64,000 bases of DNA from Ranitomeya imitator. Its lineage: Eukaryota. Where the stretch lies: assembly GCF_032444005.1 (NCBI RefSeq), contig NC_091289.1:64852001-64916000 (forward strand), written 5' to 3'. The first letter of the stretch is position 1. Each line of letters starts with the position of its first letter. Below the pieces are notes generated by a model that worked only from the letters and a program-made list of their open reading frames with translations, did no database searches and had not been told where the DNA came from. This document shows, piece after piece, positions 1 to 12,304 of this stretch. The position numbers and the translations under genes are program-made.

Positions 1-132
1 ATTTTCTGCCAAGAGCTGTGGATTCAGTGTGGAAAAATCCACAGGCAAATCTGCAACGTGTGCACATACCCTCATGATGGGTAAAACCAGTGAGCTGTCC
101 CAAGACCTTCGCACCCTTATTGTTGCAAATAA

Positions 133-177
133 GGCACCTCCTGAAGACGTATTGATGAAACGTGGGTTGGGTGGCAG
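133..177 (+). ncRNA. Degenerate hammerhead-like core in a Penelope-like remnant
   Basis: CTGAAGA-cgtattgat-GAAAC; similar to the better-preserved copy at 11448-11483. The stems are poor. Confidence 0.25.
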
Positions 178-742
178 GGTGTATCCAGACTGACCACTGC
201 CTTAGAGCCTTTTTAGGCTTTTTTTTTGTACACTAGCTTTGCACTTTAGTTCCAATTCCCTGATGGACTTTCCTTCATTTACCACTCTGCAGCTTCTATC
301 AAGTTAGGCTTTTACTATTTAGCCAGAAAACATGTCGTATAATAATCTATATGTTGTCGGCATCTGATTGACCTGTTTTAGCTTATGATTTTGGTCTATC
401 CGTGTATTACATAGACTTGTTTAGCATAGTAGACAAGTGGGTTGTGGCTTTGCACTATGCACATTGTGTGCATTTCCCTGTATCCTGCCTAGCAGCCTCT
501 GTATTTTTACAAGGTGTATTTTAACTTATTCTTATATAATTGTTATTTTAGGACTATACTGTTTGAGCCATCAGCTCCATATTCTTTAGTATCTGTATAA
601 TTGATTCAGACTTTGCATATTTTGTTGCAGAAAGTCTGTGACTTTCCCATTCACATGACGGGAATGTGCATAAGACCTTGTCCTTTGTGCTAAACCAAGT
701 CCATTCAGATGAATGGAGCTGCCTGTAACAATCTGCCACTTA

Positions 743-1474
743 CGGCCCCATACACATTAGATAAGTCTGCCAAATCCGCATAGTTCTGCATGATCAGCCG
801 GCTATTTCATTCGGTACCCCCGACCACCTCTGCTCAGATTACCGGTATATCCTTTTGCTCAGAGGGGAGATAAGCCGCTGATAGATGATTCTGTCATAGA
901 GAACACAGAATCTCTTCCCTGAGCTGAGTCGCCATGATAGATGACTGTCGCCATGATGGATGACTGTCGCCATGATGGATGACTGTCGCCATGATGGATG
1001 ACTGTCGCCATGATGGATGACTGTCGCCATGATGGATGACTGTCGCCATGATGGATGACTGTCGCCATGATGGATGACTGTCGCCATGATGGATGACTGT
1101 CGCCATGATGGATGACTGTCGCCATGATGGATGACTGTCGCCATGATGGATGACTGTCGCCATGATGGATGACTGTCGCCATGATGGATGACTGTCGCCA
1201 TGATGGATGACTGTCGCCATGATGGATGACTGTCGCCATGATGGATGACTGTCGCCATGATGGATGACTGTCGCCATGATGGATGACTGTCGCCATGATG
1301 GATGACTGTCGCCATGATGGATGACTGTCGCCATGATGGATGACTGTCGCCATGATGGATGACTGTCGCCATGATGGATGACTGTCGCCATGATGGATGA
1401 CTGTCGCCATGATGGATGACTGTCGCCATGATGGATGACTGTCGGCACGAACGATCTGATGTGTATGGCCAGCT
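743..1474. mobile_element. Harbinger-type MITE enclosing the 19-bp minisatellite
   Basis: tta|cggccccatacacattagat ... atctgatgtgtatggccagct|tta: imperfect TIRs with TTA on both sides. Confidence 0.55.
928..1444. repeat. 19-bp minisatellite (GATGACTGTCGCCATGATG), about 27 near-identical copies
   Basis: Directly visible tandem array with no spacers. Confidence 0.97.
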
Positions 1475-3084
1475 TTATTAGATAAGTGATCACACAACCT
1501 GTGGTTACAGCAGAAAAACACTACAATCGGGCCGTGGCGCACAATTGGTAATGTGCTAAAGGGGTTGTCCGTTACCGCTAGGATAAGCAATCAGTGTCAG
1601 GTTTGTGGGATACCGCTACACCAAACACCCCGACTTATCAGCTATAAACAGTATATGGAGCCAGATTAGCACGGTACTGCAGTACAGGGTGCCTACATGT
1701 CCACATTACCGAACATTGAGCAATCCATGCCCACCACATGCTACTTCCATCAGGAACCTTCCCCACCACAATATTTGTTTTTATCATATATCTATAAAAC
1801 ATCATGGAATGCTTTTTTATTGCGTCTCGTATATTCTGCAAAAAAATAACAGCTTTTTGTGACACACACATACTGTATACAGATATCTTGTGTATATGTC
1901 ACGGATCCAAAATGACCGCTGTTTGCATAAAGCCCAGCTCAGAATCGGGAACAAGGAAAGACCTTACTAAAACGTTCCCCTCTAGGAGAGGTGCACTCAG
2001 TACTATAAACACTTGGTGTGAAGTGACTGCCTAAGCCCTAAATGTTCTCCGAGCAGTTACCAGCAGGTAATGGAAACCCCTCTGGTAAAACTCCCCAGCA
2101 ACAAGCCATATGGTGATCTCAGATGAGAAAGTATCCAACGCAAAACTAAATATACAAGGTGTCTGCTCTCCTCGGCTGTGTTCCCCTGTAACTGCTACAT
2201 AGGACATGCCAAAAAGAGACAAAATCACATGTAAGAAAAAGGTGTAACCTAGTTGCTAAATTCTTGCTATTGGCATGATCTGGACAATTTGTGATAACTG
2301 TTGAGAACTGGTCAACTCCTTTAACTCCTACCTTGGAGTAATAGTCTAACATCTCCCTGTATCTACATGGTTGTAACCAGCTGTAGTCCACATAGCGGGG
2401 GCAGAGATGGTTTATTACTGTCTCTGCCTTTTGTCTCTGTATAAGCACTGTGTACATAATAGGAAGCTGTGACTGCAATGTATATGGAGGGAGCAAGATC
2501 TGCCATATTATAGGAGACCGATACGGCCACTGTGCAACTGGGGCCGACATGCCAGCCTCGGTTACAAGGGAAATGAAAATAATATTGAAATATTTAAAAG
2601 CTGGCACAATTAGTAAAATAAAGAGGTACAAAATAAATAAAGGCACTGTCATTCCAAATTGTTACTAGCCCCACCCTGCAAAAAAAAAACATCCAATGTA
2701 TAAAAGTATTTATTACAGAATGGGAAACAAATTGATTATAAATGTATTGTAGGAAATCTTCGCAGTCATAAAAAAATGCGAAAAACAATCACTTATTTCC
2801 CATATTTTTCCACCAATATCGCCCAAAATCAACAAACTAACAAAAAAGAATATGACTTAAAAATGAAGCACAATATATCAGGGAATGAAAGATGCGAAAA
2901 TTACTTAAATATCTGAACAAGTAAGAATTTTACTGCTCTTAATCCACATATACAAAACCCCCCCTAAAATATCCGTGGTCAGGAGCGGAGGTGAATAGCT
3001 GGGGGTGCACTTCTGAGGAATATGCAATAAATGTTTGAGATGGAAATGTCTGATCTCTGAGGCAGCAGTATGTGGATTATGGGC

Positions 3085-6000
3085 TAATAATGGCCGTATG
3101 GCTGCAGTCTGTATATTATCGGGATGACGTGTCCTCCTGGCCGGGTCTGTGCTCTGATAATGGCCGTATGGATGCAGTCTGTATATTATCGGGATGATGT
3201 GTGTCCTCCTGGCCGGGTCTGTGTGCTGATAATGGTCGTATGGATGTAGTCTGTATATTATCTGGATGATGTGTGTCCTCCTGGCCGGGTCTGTGTGCTG
3301 ATAATGGCCGTATGGATGCAGTCTGTATATTATCGGGATGATGTGTGTCCTCCTGGCCGGGTCTGTGCGCTGATAATGGCCGTATGGCTGCAGTCTGTAT
3401 ATTATCGGGATGATGTGTGTCCTCCTGGCCGGGTCTGTGCGCTGATAATGGCCGTATGGATGTAGTCTGTATATTATCTGGATGATGTGAGTCCTCCTGG
3501 CCGGGTCTGTGCGCTGATAATGGCCGTATGGCTGCAGTCTGTATATTATCGGGATGATGTGTGTCCTCCTGGCCGGGTCTGTGTGCTGATAATGGTCGTA
3601 TGGATGTAGTCTGTATATTATCTGGATGATGTGTGTCCTCCTGGCCGGGTCTGTGTGCTGATAATGGCCGTATGGATGCAGTCTGTATATTATCGGGATG
3701 ATGTGTGTCCTCCTGGCCGGGTCTGTGCGCTGATAATGGCCGTATGGCTGCAGTCTGTATATTATCGGGATGATGTGTGTCCTCCTGGCCGGGTCTGTGT
3801 TCTGATAATGGCCGTATGGATGCAGTCTGTATATTATCGGGATGATGTGTGTCCTCCTGGCCCGGTCTGTGCTCTGATAATGGCCGTATGGATGCAGTCT
3901 GTATATTATCGGGATGATGTGTGTCCTCCTGGCCCGGTCTGTGCTCTGATAATGGCCGTATGGATGCAGTCTGTATATTATCGGGATGACGTGTGTCCTC
4001 CTGGCCCGGTCTGTGCGCTGATAATGGCCGTATGGATGCAGTCTGTATATTATCGGGATGATGTGTGCCCTCCTGGCCGGGTCTGTGCGCTGATAATGGC
4101 CGTATGGCTGCAGTCTGTATATTATCGGGATGACGTGTGTCCTCCTGGCCGGGTCTGTGCGCTGATAATGGCCGTATGGATGTAGTCTGTATATTATCGG
4201 GATGATGTGTGTCCTCCTGGCCGGGTCTGTGCTCTGATAATGGCCGTATGGATGTAGTCTGTATATTATCGGGATGACGTGTGTCCTCCTGGCTGGGTCT
4301 GTGCTCTGATAATGGCCGTATGGATGCAGTCTGTATATTATCGGGATGACGTGTGTCCTCCTGGCCGGGTCTGTGCTCTGATAATGGCCGTATGGATGCA
4401 GTCTGTATATTATCGGGATGATGTGTGTCCTCCTGGCCGGGTCTGTGTGCTGATAATGGCCGTATGGATGTAGTCTGTATATTATCTGGATGATGTGAGT
4501 CCTCCTGGCCGGGTCTGTGCTCTGATAATGGCCGTATGGATGTAGTCTGTATATTATCGGGATGATGTGTGTCCTCCTGGCCGGGTCTGTGCTCTGATAA
4601 TGGCCGTATGGATGTAGTCTGTATATTATCTGGATGATGTGTGTCCTCCTGGCCGGGTCTGTGTGCTGATAATGGCCGTATGGATGTAGTCTGTATATTA
4701 TCTGGATGATGTGTGTCCTCCTGGCCGGGTCTGTGCTCTGATAATGGCCGTATGGATGCAGTCTGTATATTATCGGGATGACGTGTGTCCTCCTGGCCGG
4801 GTCTGTGCTCTGATAATGGCCGTATGGATGTAGTCTGTATATTATCGGGATGACGTGTGTCCTCCTGGCCGGGTCTGTGCTCTGATAATGGCCGTATGGA
4901 TGCAGTCTGTATATTATCGGGATGATGTGTGTCCTCCTGGCCGGGTCTGTGCTCTGATAATGGCCGTATGGATGTAGTCTGTATATTATCTGGATGATGT
5001 GTGTCCTCCTGGCCGGGTCTGTGTGCTGATAATGGCCGTATGGATGTAGTCTGTATATTATCTGGATGATGTGTGTCCTCCTGGCCGGGTCTGTGCTCTG
5101 ATAATGGCCGTATGGATGCAGTCTGTATATTATCGGGATGACGTGTGTCCTCCTGGCCGGGTCTGTGCTCTGATAATGGCCGTATGGATGTAGTCTGTAT
5201 ATTATCGGGATGACGTGTGTCCTCCTGGCCGGGTCTGTGCGCTGATAATGGCCGTATGGATGCAGTCTGTATATTATCTGGATGACGTGTGTCCTCCTGG
5301 CCGGGTCTGTGCTCTGATAATGGCCGTATGGATGTAGTCTGTATATTATCGGGATGACGTGTGTCCTCCTGGCCGGGTCTGTGCTCTGATAATGGCCGTA
5401 TGGATGTAGTCTGTATATTATCGGGATGACGTGTGTCCTCCTGGCCGGGTCTGTGCTCTGATAATGGCCGTATGGATGCAGTCTGTATATTATCGGGATG
5501 ACGTGTGTCCTCCTGGCCGGGTCTGTGCTCTGATAATGGCCGTATGGATGTAGTCTGTATATTATCGGGATGATGTGTGTCCTCCTGGCCGGGTCTGTGT
5601 GCTGATAATGGCCGTATGGATGTAGTCTGTATATTATCTGGATGATGTGTGTCCTCCTGGCCGGGTCTGTGCTCTGATAATGGCCGTATGGATGTAGTCT
5701 GTATATTATCGGGATGACGTGTGTCCTCCTGGCCGGGTCTGTGCTCTGATAATGGCCGTATGGATGTAGTCTGTATATTATCGGGATGACGTGTGTCCTC
5801 CTGGCCGGGTCTGTGCTCTGATAATGGCCGTATGGATGCAGTCTGTATATTATCGGGATGACGTGTGTCCTCCTGGCCGGGTCCGTGCTCTGATAATGGC
5901 CGTATGGATGTAGTCTGTATATTATTGGGATGATGTGTGTCCTCCTGGCCGGGTCTGTGTGCTGATAATGGCCGTATGGATGCAGTCTGTATATTATCGG

Positions 6001-6095
6001 GATGATGTGTGTCCTCCTGGCCGGGTCTGTGCTCTGATAATGGCCGTATGGATGCAGTCTGTATATTATCGGGATGACGTGTGTCCTCCTGGCCT
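3085..6095. repeat. 72-bp minisatellite, about 42 copies, ending about 140 nt before exon 2
   Basis: Unit gatgatgtgtgtcctcctggccgggtctgtgctctgataatggccgtatggatgcagtctgtatattatcgg; corresponds to the 24-aa period in the minus-strand ORF. Confidence 0.97.
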
Positions 6096-6234
6096 GTTCT
6101 GTGCCACCATGGACAAGTCATGTACAAGCAGGTGTGAGTTGTCTATGAACTACAGCAGGTCTACATTTTCTGTTTTGTTGTTTTTCATTTTCTCTTGCCG
6201 AGTGCTAAGAATAAGATCTTCTCTTTCCTTGTAG

Positions 6235-6609
6235 AAATGCTCCAGTTTGTTAGTAATCAAGTGGGCGATTTTCCTGACCTTTTTGAAGATCAGTTATGTT
6301 CCAGCTACCACGGAGTCACTGGGATGGACACTGGTTTAGCCAAGCTGTATAACCAGGCCCAGAATTACCAGACGCCGGCACCACAGCCTCAGACGCCGCA
6401 GGCAGTTGGGCCTGTTAAAAGCTCAGTCCCAAGCCCCCCTCAGAGGACCGCGCCTGTCCTTCAGCCTCGCCCTGTGATACAGTCCCCTCCACAGCATCAA
6501 CTGCAGCAGCAGACGGTCATGCTGACCCCAACATTTAGTACTGCCCCCCAGACTCGAATTATACAGCAGCCCCTCATCTACCAAAATGCCGGCGCTACAA
6601 GTTTTCAAG
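6235..6609 (+). CDS. SREBF2: SREBF2 exon 2 (transactivation/Pro-Gln-rich region)
   Basis: ttgtag|AA ATG CTC CAG ... TTT CAA G|gtaagt; (E)MLQFVSNQVGDFPDLF...QTRIIQQPLIYQNAGATSFQ. Confidence 0.95.
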
Positions 6610-7096
6610 GTAAGTCACGTGTATCTGATGTATAAACTGTATTTAATGGGCACAAACCGGGGGCTATTACCGTGGTAAATAATCCGTTTCCCTAATTGTT
6701 GAGCTGCATTAATATGTCAGATGTTGTGATTGGAGATGAGCAAGTTTATTCCATGAGGATTGAATGCTCCTCCGATTTCACTAATCCTTTGGATTCTCCT
6801 GGATCCCAAATATTTGCAGTTCTCTTTGTGTGAGCAAAATAGGAGCCACGTTGCCACCGGTTTGATAAATTTTTGTAAACAGGGAAAAAGTTTAAACAAA
6901 AATGTAGTAATCCCTTCACTGCTCACCGGTTTCACCACCTTCCAGTCTGCACAGTTTGGCCTTTTTTTTTCCTCCCAGCATCTCCCAGCGCTCATCTCCT
7001 CCACAGATGCCACATGGTGGCTCAGTGGGCAGCACTGTTGCTTTACAGTGTTGGGTTCCTGGGTGCAAATCCCACCAAATACATCATCTGCAAGGA

Positions 7097-9149
7097 AAAC
7101 CTAAAATAAAAGCAAAATAATACCCTGCAGCAATAAATAAATAGCAATAGTGCGTGAAAACAACATAGGGTACTTAGTTGACATCATTTTGATTAACGAA
7201 AAAATAAACATAAAAGCCATCCCACCACGTCAAGGTGACCTTATTTGGCACGGTGCTAACCTGTAGTATTAACCCCTTCATGACCGGGGGATTTTATCGT
7301 TTTTCCGTGTTCGTTTTTCGCTCCCCTCCTTCCCAGAGCCATAACTTTTTTATTTTTCCGTCAATTTGGCCATGTGAGGGCTTATTTTTTGCGGGACAAG
7401 TTGTACTTTTGAACGACATCATTGGTTTTAGCATGTCGTGTACTAGAAAACGGGGAAAAAAATTCCAAGTGCGGTGAAATTGCAAAAAAGTGCAATCCCA
7501 CACTTGTTTTTTCTTTGGCTTTTTTGCTAGGTTCACTAAATGCTAAAACTGACCTGCCATTATGATTCTCCAGGTCATTACGAGTTCATAGACACCTAAC
7601 ATGACTAGGTTATTTTTTATCTAAGTGGTGAAAAAAAATTCCAAACTTTGCTAAAAAAAAAAAGTGCGCCATTTTCCGATACTCGTAGCATCTCCATTTT
7701 TCATGATCTGGGGTCGGTTGAGGGCTTATTTTTTGCGTGCCGAGATGACGTTTTTAATGATAGCATTTCGGTGCAGATACGTTCTTTTGATCGCCCGTTA
7801 TTGCATTTTAATGCAATGTCGCGGCGACCAAAAAAACGTAATTCTGGCGTTTCGAATTTTTTTCCCGCTACGCTGTTTAGCGATCAGGTTAATACTTTTT
7901 TTTAATTGATAGATCGGGCGATTCGGAGCGCGGCGATACCAAATATGCGTAGATTTGATATTTTTTTTATTGATTTATTTTGATTGGGGCGAAAGGGGGG
8001 TGATTTAAACTTTTATGTTTTTTTTATTTTTTTCACATTTTTTTAAACTTTTTTTTTTTTACTTTTGCCATGCTTCAATAGCCTCCGTGGGAGGCTAGAA
8101 GCAGGCACAGCACGATCGCCTCTGCTACATAGCAGCGATCTGCTGATCGCTGCTATGTAGCAGAAATGGAGGTGTGCTATGAGCGCCGACTACAGGGTGG
8201 TGCTCACAGCCACCGGTGATCAGTAACCATAGAGGTCTCTAGGACCTCTATGGTTACCATCCTGACGCATCGCCGACCCCCGATCATGTGACGGGGGGCG
8301 GCGATGACGTCATTTCCGGCCGCCCGGCCGGAAGCGGTAGTTAAATGCCGCTGTCTGCGTTTGACAGCGGCATTTAACTAGTTAATAGGTGCGGGCAGAT
8401 CGCGATTCTGCCCGCGCCTATTACGGGCACATGTCAGCTGTTCAAAACAGCTGACATGTCCCGGCTTTGATGCGGGCTCACCGTGGAGCCCTGCATCAAA
8501 GCAGGGGAGCCAGCATCGGACAGTATAGTACGTCCGATGCCGGTAAGGGGTTAAAACCTTCCCATGTGTCAAAAGTGACGTAATGTGAAAGGGAGGCCAC
8601 ACCTTTATTTGCCCAGGACAACTACTGCAGGGTATTTGCTTATTGTATTTTTACCTTCGACGTTATCTGTTTAGTGGCCAGTGTGAACATGTGCCTACAC
8701 GCTGCTTGTACACCAATCTATATTCCAGGTCATCTCGTTAGGTTTTTGTTTCAGGTTTTTTGCACTCCCTTTTCCTTGTGCTGACATTACATTCATGTAG
8801 TTTCCCATGGCTGGGTGTCCATTAGCGGAGCTCAGTCCTTCTCTGCCTTTATTCACATTACGTCACTTGACATATGGTAATGTTTTAATACTGTACTTTA
8901 GGACCTTCCCGAATAGTCACCATGACGTGGTGGGATGACTTTATTTAAAAAATAAAAAAAAAATTAAAAGTTAACTAAGTACCCTATATTGTTTTCATGC
9001 ACTATTGTTATTTATTTACTACTGCAGGGTATTTGCTTATTTTGTTTTTATCTTGGGTTTTATCTGTCAGTGACCAGTGTGAACATGCACCTACCCGCTG
9101 CATGTTCACCAACTTATATTCTAGTTAATTTCTTTAGGTTTTTTTTTTT
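7097..9149. mobile_element. Insertion with inverted and tandem partial repeats (Penelope pLTR-like) and a 14-bp TSD
   Basis: atcatctgcaagga (7083-7096) / atcacctgcaagga (9150-9163). About 7101-7272 is inverted relative to about 8884-9050, and about 8620-8760 is a tandem partial copy of about 9020-9145. Class assignment is inference. Confidence 0.55.
7273..8550. mobile_element. Non-autonomous TTAA-target element (piggyBac-like ends)
   Basis: ttaa|ccccttcatgacc ... gtaagggg|ttaa; related segments at about 11560-12580, 46340-47389 and 60245-60522. Confidence 0.75.
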
Positions 9150-9613
9150 ATCACCTGCAAGGAGATTGTATTTTCTCCCCGTGTTTGCGTGGGTTTCCTC
9201 CGGGTTCCTCCCACACCCTCAAAGACATTCTGATATGAATGAATCTAGATTGAGAGCCCCAATGGGGACAGAGATTATAGACATTATCAAGCACTGCAGG
9301 ATATTATTGCATTAAAACGAAATAAATAATTGATGATGCGTGCTGAGTGGAGTCGGAAGAGGGCGACGTGGCAAGAGGTGAGTTTTTTTTCTTTACAGTG
9401 TGTTGGCTGCGGTCTGGAGCCTTCTCAGAACAATCCGGATTGATCCATTTATATGGAGTAATGTCAACGTAAAAAGACATTCCTTGTAAAATGGAGGCAA
9501 TTCTCTGAATTTGAATCTCATCAGATCTGCTCTTTTCTAGCTGTGATGTATGCAGACACGGTAAATGTTGGTAACCTTCACCTCCACCCTGGTGGGTTTG
9601 TTCATGTTCTCAG

Positions 9614-9813
9614 TGCTACAGCCCCAAATGTCAAATTTGATGACAACTCAACAAATGCAACCGGTGACCATCCAGCAACAGTTGCAGACTGTCCAGGCCC
9701 AGAGGGTCCTCACGCAGACCGCCAATGGGACCATCCAGACCCTGAGTCCTGCCACACCGGGCACCATCCAGACGCTGACTCAAGCTGTTACACCGCAAGT
9801 GCAACAAGTTCCA
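9614..9813 (+). CDS. SREBF2: SREBF2 exon 3
   Basis: ctcag|TG CTA CAG CCC ... GTT CCA|gtaagc; VLQPQ...QVQQVP. Confidence 0.93.
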
Positions 9814-10861
9814 GTAAGCCTCTCTGCTTTAAGAATAGTTGTTGGTAATAGGACATTGTTATTGTATTACAGCCGGCATCTGTAAAATGTAAAGACTACA
9901 AAGAAGGGGGAATCAAATACCAAAAACTAGCAAGTCATAGTGGGAAAACGGGATGTAAAATTAAAGGCAATCTGTCACCAGGTTATTTACCATATAACCT
10001 AAGATGTAGAGACAGAGACCCTGATTCCAGTAATGTGTCATTAACTGGGTTCTTAAAGGGGTTGTCCACTACTGGGACAAATGTTTGGCCTCCATTAAAA
10101 TAATCAAGCCTGTACTATCCTCCCGAGCCGGCTCCGTTCCAGCAGTGTCTGCATTCGCGTTCCCGAGGCTGTTACTGGTGGAAGGACACATGGTGGCCAG
10201 CGCCCAATCAGCGATGGTGTCACTGTCACCGTAATCATGCTAGTGCCAGAAGTGTGTCACTAATCAACCCATCAGCGCCCCTGTCACATCATCGCGGCGC
10301 ACCGATGGGTTGGCATGACAACTGGTGGTCTGCAGGAGACCCCCGTGATTGTCATTGCTGATCCACCATGAGTGCTGCGCCATGACAGGTGCTTATTGCA
10401 GATGAGCATTTCTGCCCTGTTATGTGTAGCACAAGCGATCAGAAGATTGCAGCTTTAAGTCTCATAAGTAAAAAAAAGTGTACAAAAAAAAGTGAAAAAA
10501 AAAAATATATAAAAGTTCAAATTGCCCCATTCAAAATAAAACGATAAAAATATCAAAAATACACATTCGGTACCCTACCAAAGAACAAGTGAGTCAATGC
10601 ATCTCCAAAACGTTCAAGAAAATAACTTATCAAGTTTTATTAATCAACAATTATGAACAATAGTAAAAACAGACCGTGCTATTTAGCCGTGCCATGTAAG
10701 GAAACGGATTTCCATATATATTAATTGATGTTAGCAGATAATTTCCTAAAGGTACATAGGGTAATCAAAATAGTAATAAAGTCACATGGTCATGCAGCCT
10801 AAAAATAGAATACATATCGCCACCATAAAGGAAATGTACCTGTGTCCAGCCAGCACTTTAA

Positions 10862-11199
10862 GGGGATGTGCACACGTAGAATGGACCTCTGCGGATTTTT
10901 CCACAGTGGATTTTAGAAATCCGCAGGTAAAAGGCACTGTGTTTTACCTGCGGATTTTGTGCGGATTCCCCTGCGGTTTTACACCTGCGGATTCCTATTG
11001 TGGAGCAGGTGTAAACTGCTGCGGAATCCGCACAAAGAATTGACATGCTGCGGAATGTAACCTGCACCGTTTCCGTGCGTTTTTTTTTTCTGCAGCACGG
11101 GCACTGCGGATTGCGTTTTCCATAGGTTTACATTATACTGTAAACGCATGGGAAACTGCTGCGGATTCGCAGCAAAATCCGCAACGTGTGCACATAGCC
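10862..11199. mobile_element. Harbinger-type MITE (GG..ATGTGCACACG termini)
   Basis: ggggatgtgcacacg ... cgtgtgcacatagcc with internal gcggatt/aatccgc repeats; the right TSD is not conserved. Confidence 0.7.
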
Positions 11200-11447
11200 T
11201 GTAAAGGTAACAGAATAGGTACTATAGTAATCTAAGTATCGCTGTCACTCAGGCACAAACAAAAAATAGTGATTTATGAAAGGCAGAAAGCTACAAATGT
11301 GCTAGGCCTATTACTTGTATCACACACATTCTTATATAGTCAAATAAGACCAACAAATTGCAACTGCAGGCATGACCAAGGCTGACCAACCAAACATGTA
11401 ATGAAATAAATGGTATCTTGCCCATGTCCCCGATTGTAACCCAACTG

Positions 11448-11483
11448 CCCCGATGCACGTTTCGCAAGTGCGTCTTCAGGGGA
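11448..11483 (-). ncRNA. Minimal type-I hammerhead-like motif in a Penelope-like remnant (about 10575-11500, interrupted by a MITE)
   Basis: Minus strand reads UCCC-CUGAAGA-C-GC(ACUU)GC-GAAAC-GUGC-AUC-GGGG; one stem-III mismatch and one extra base. Confidence 0.4.
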
Positions 11484-11910
11484 TCTCCTATTCTATTACC
11501 TTTTTTAAAGTGTTGGCCGAACACAAGTACATTTCTTTTACGGTGGTGAGAAATTTATAGTCCTGAAATCCTTTTTCCACATACTTATTACCAAGTTCAG
11601 AAATGTCCGATCTATCAAAATATAAATAAGAATTAATCCGATCCCTAAACAGCGTAATAAGAAAAAATAATTAAAACGCCAGAACAAAGTTTGCAATAGC
11701 AGGCGATCAACACATTGTATCTACCTCAGAATAGTATCAATAAAAACATCAACTCTCCACGCAATTAATAAGCCCTCATCCAGCCCAGATCTCAAAAATG
11801 GAGGCGCTGTGGGTCTTGGAAAATGGGGCCTTTTTGTTTAAAAACTTTGGATTTTTTTTCCACTTAAATAAAAATCCATATACCGTATGTTTGGTATCTG
11901 CAAACTCTTA

Positions 11911-12304
11911 GGCTATGTGCACACGTTGCGGATTAAGGTGCAGGATTTTCTGCACAAAATCCGCATCTCCTGGCAGATAACGCAGGCGCGGATTTGCCAC
12001 TGATTTTATGCGGATTTTGTGTGTTTTTGATGTGGATTTTGCGCGGATTATCTGCAGTCTTTCCCCCTGTGGATTTCTATTATGGAAGGGGTCAAACGCT
12101 GCAGTTCCGCACAAAAGTAGCAGCATGCTACTTCTTTTGATCCGCAAGTGGATTTCATGCGAAGTTTTCCGCACCATTAGCACGGCCTGTTTTTTTCCCA
12201 ATTGTTTTTCATTGTACTGTAAATCACTGTGTGGAAGTGCAGCGTTTCTGCGTGGAAAAATCTGCTGCGGATCCGCATTAAATCTGCATCGTGTGCACAC
12301 AGCC
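11911..12304. mobile_element. Harbinger-type MITE nested in a TTAA-family element
   Basis: tta|ggctatgtgcacacg ... cgtgtgcacacagcc|tta. It interrupts the motif (g)aactc.taatgacctggagaatc, which is uninterrupted in the sister copies at about 47070-47095 and 60265-60290. Confidence 0.85.

Larger units (their letters stand above)
7016..9330 (+). mobile_element. tRNA-derived SINE split in two (5' half 7016-7096, 3' half about 9164-9330)
   Basis: A box TGGCTCAGTGG and degenerate B box GTGCAAATCC. The body resumes at ctgcaaggag...gtgtttgcgtgggtttcctccggg...ccccaatggggacag after the insertion. Confidence 0.75.

Noticed and set aside
950-1440. ATGGATGAC (MDD) resembling the start of mammalian SREBP-2, as a possible exon 1
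   Set aside because: It is part of the repeat unit; there is no following ELGDELTLGDID-like sequence or suitable donor. Exon 1 is outside the window.
839-1590. Three overlapping minus-strand ORFs with MATVIHHGDSHPSWRQSSI repeats
   Set aside because: They are translations of a stop-free 19-bp tandem repeat in all three frames, not genes.
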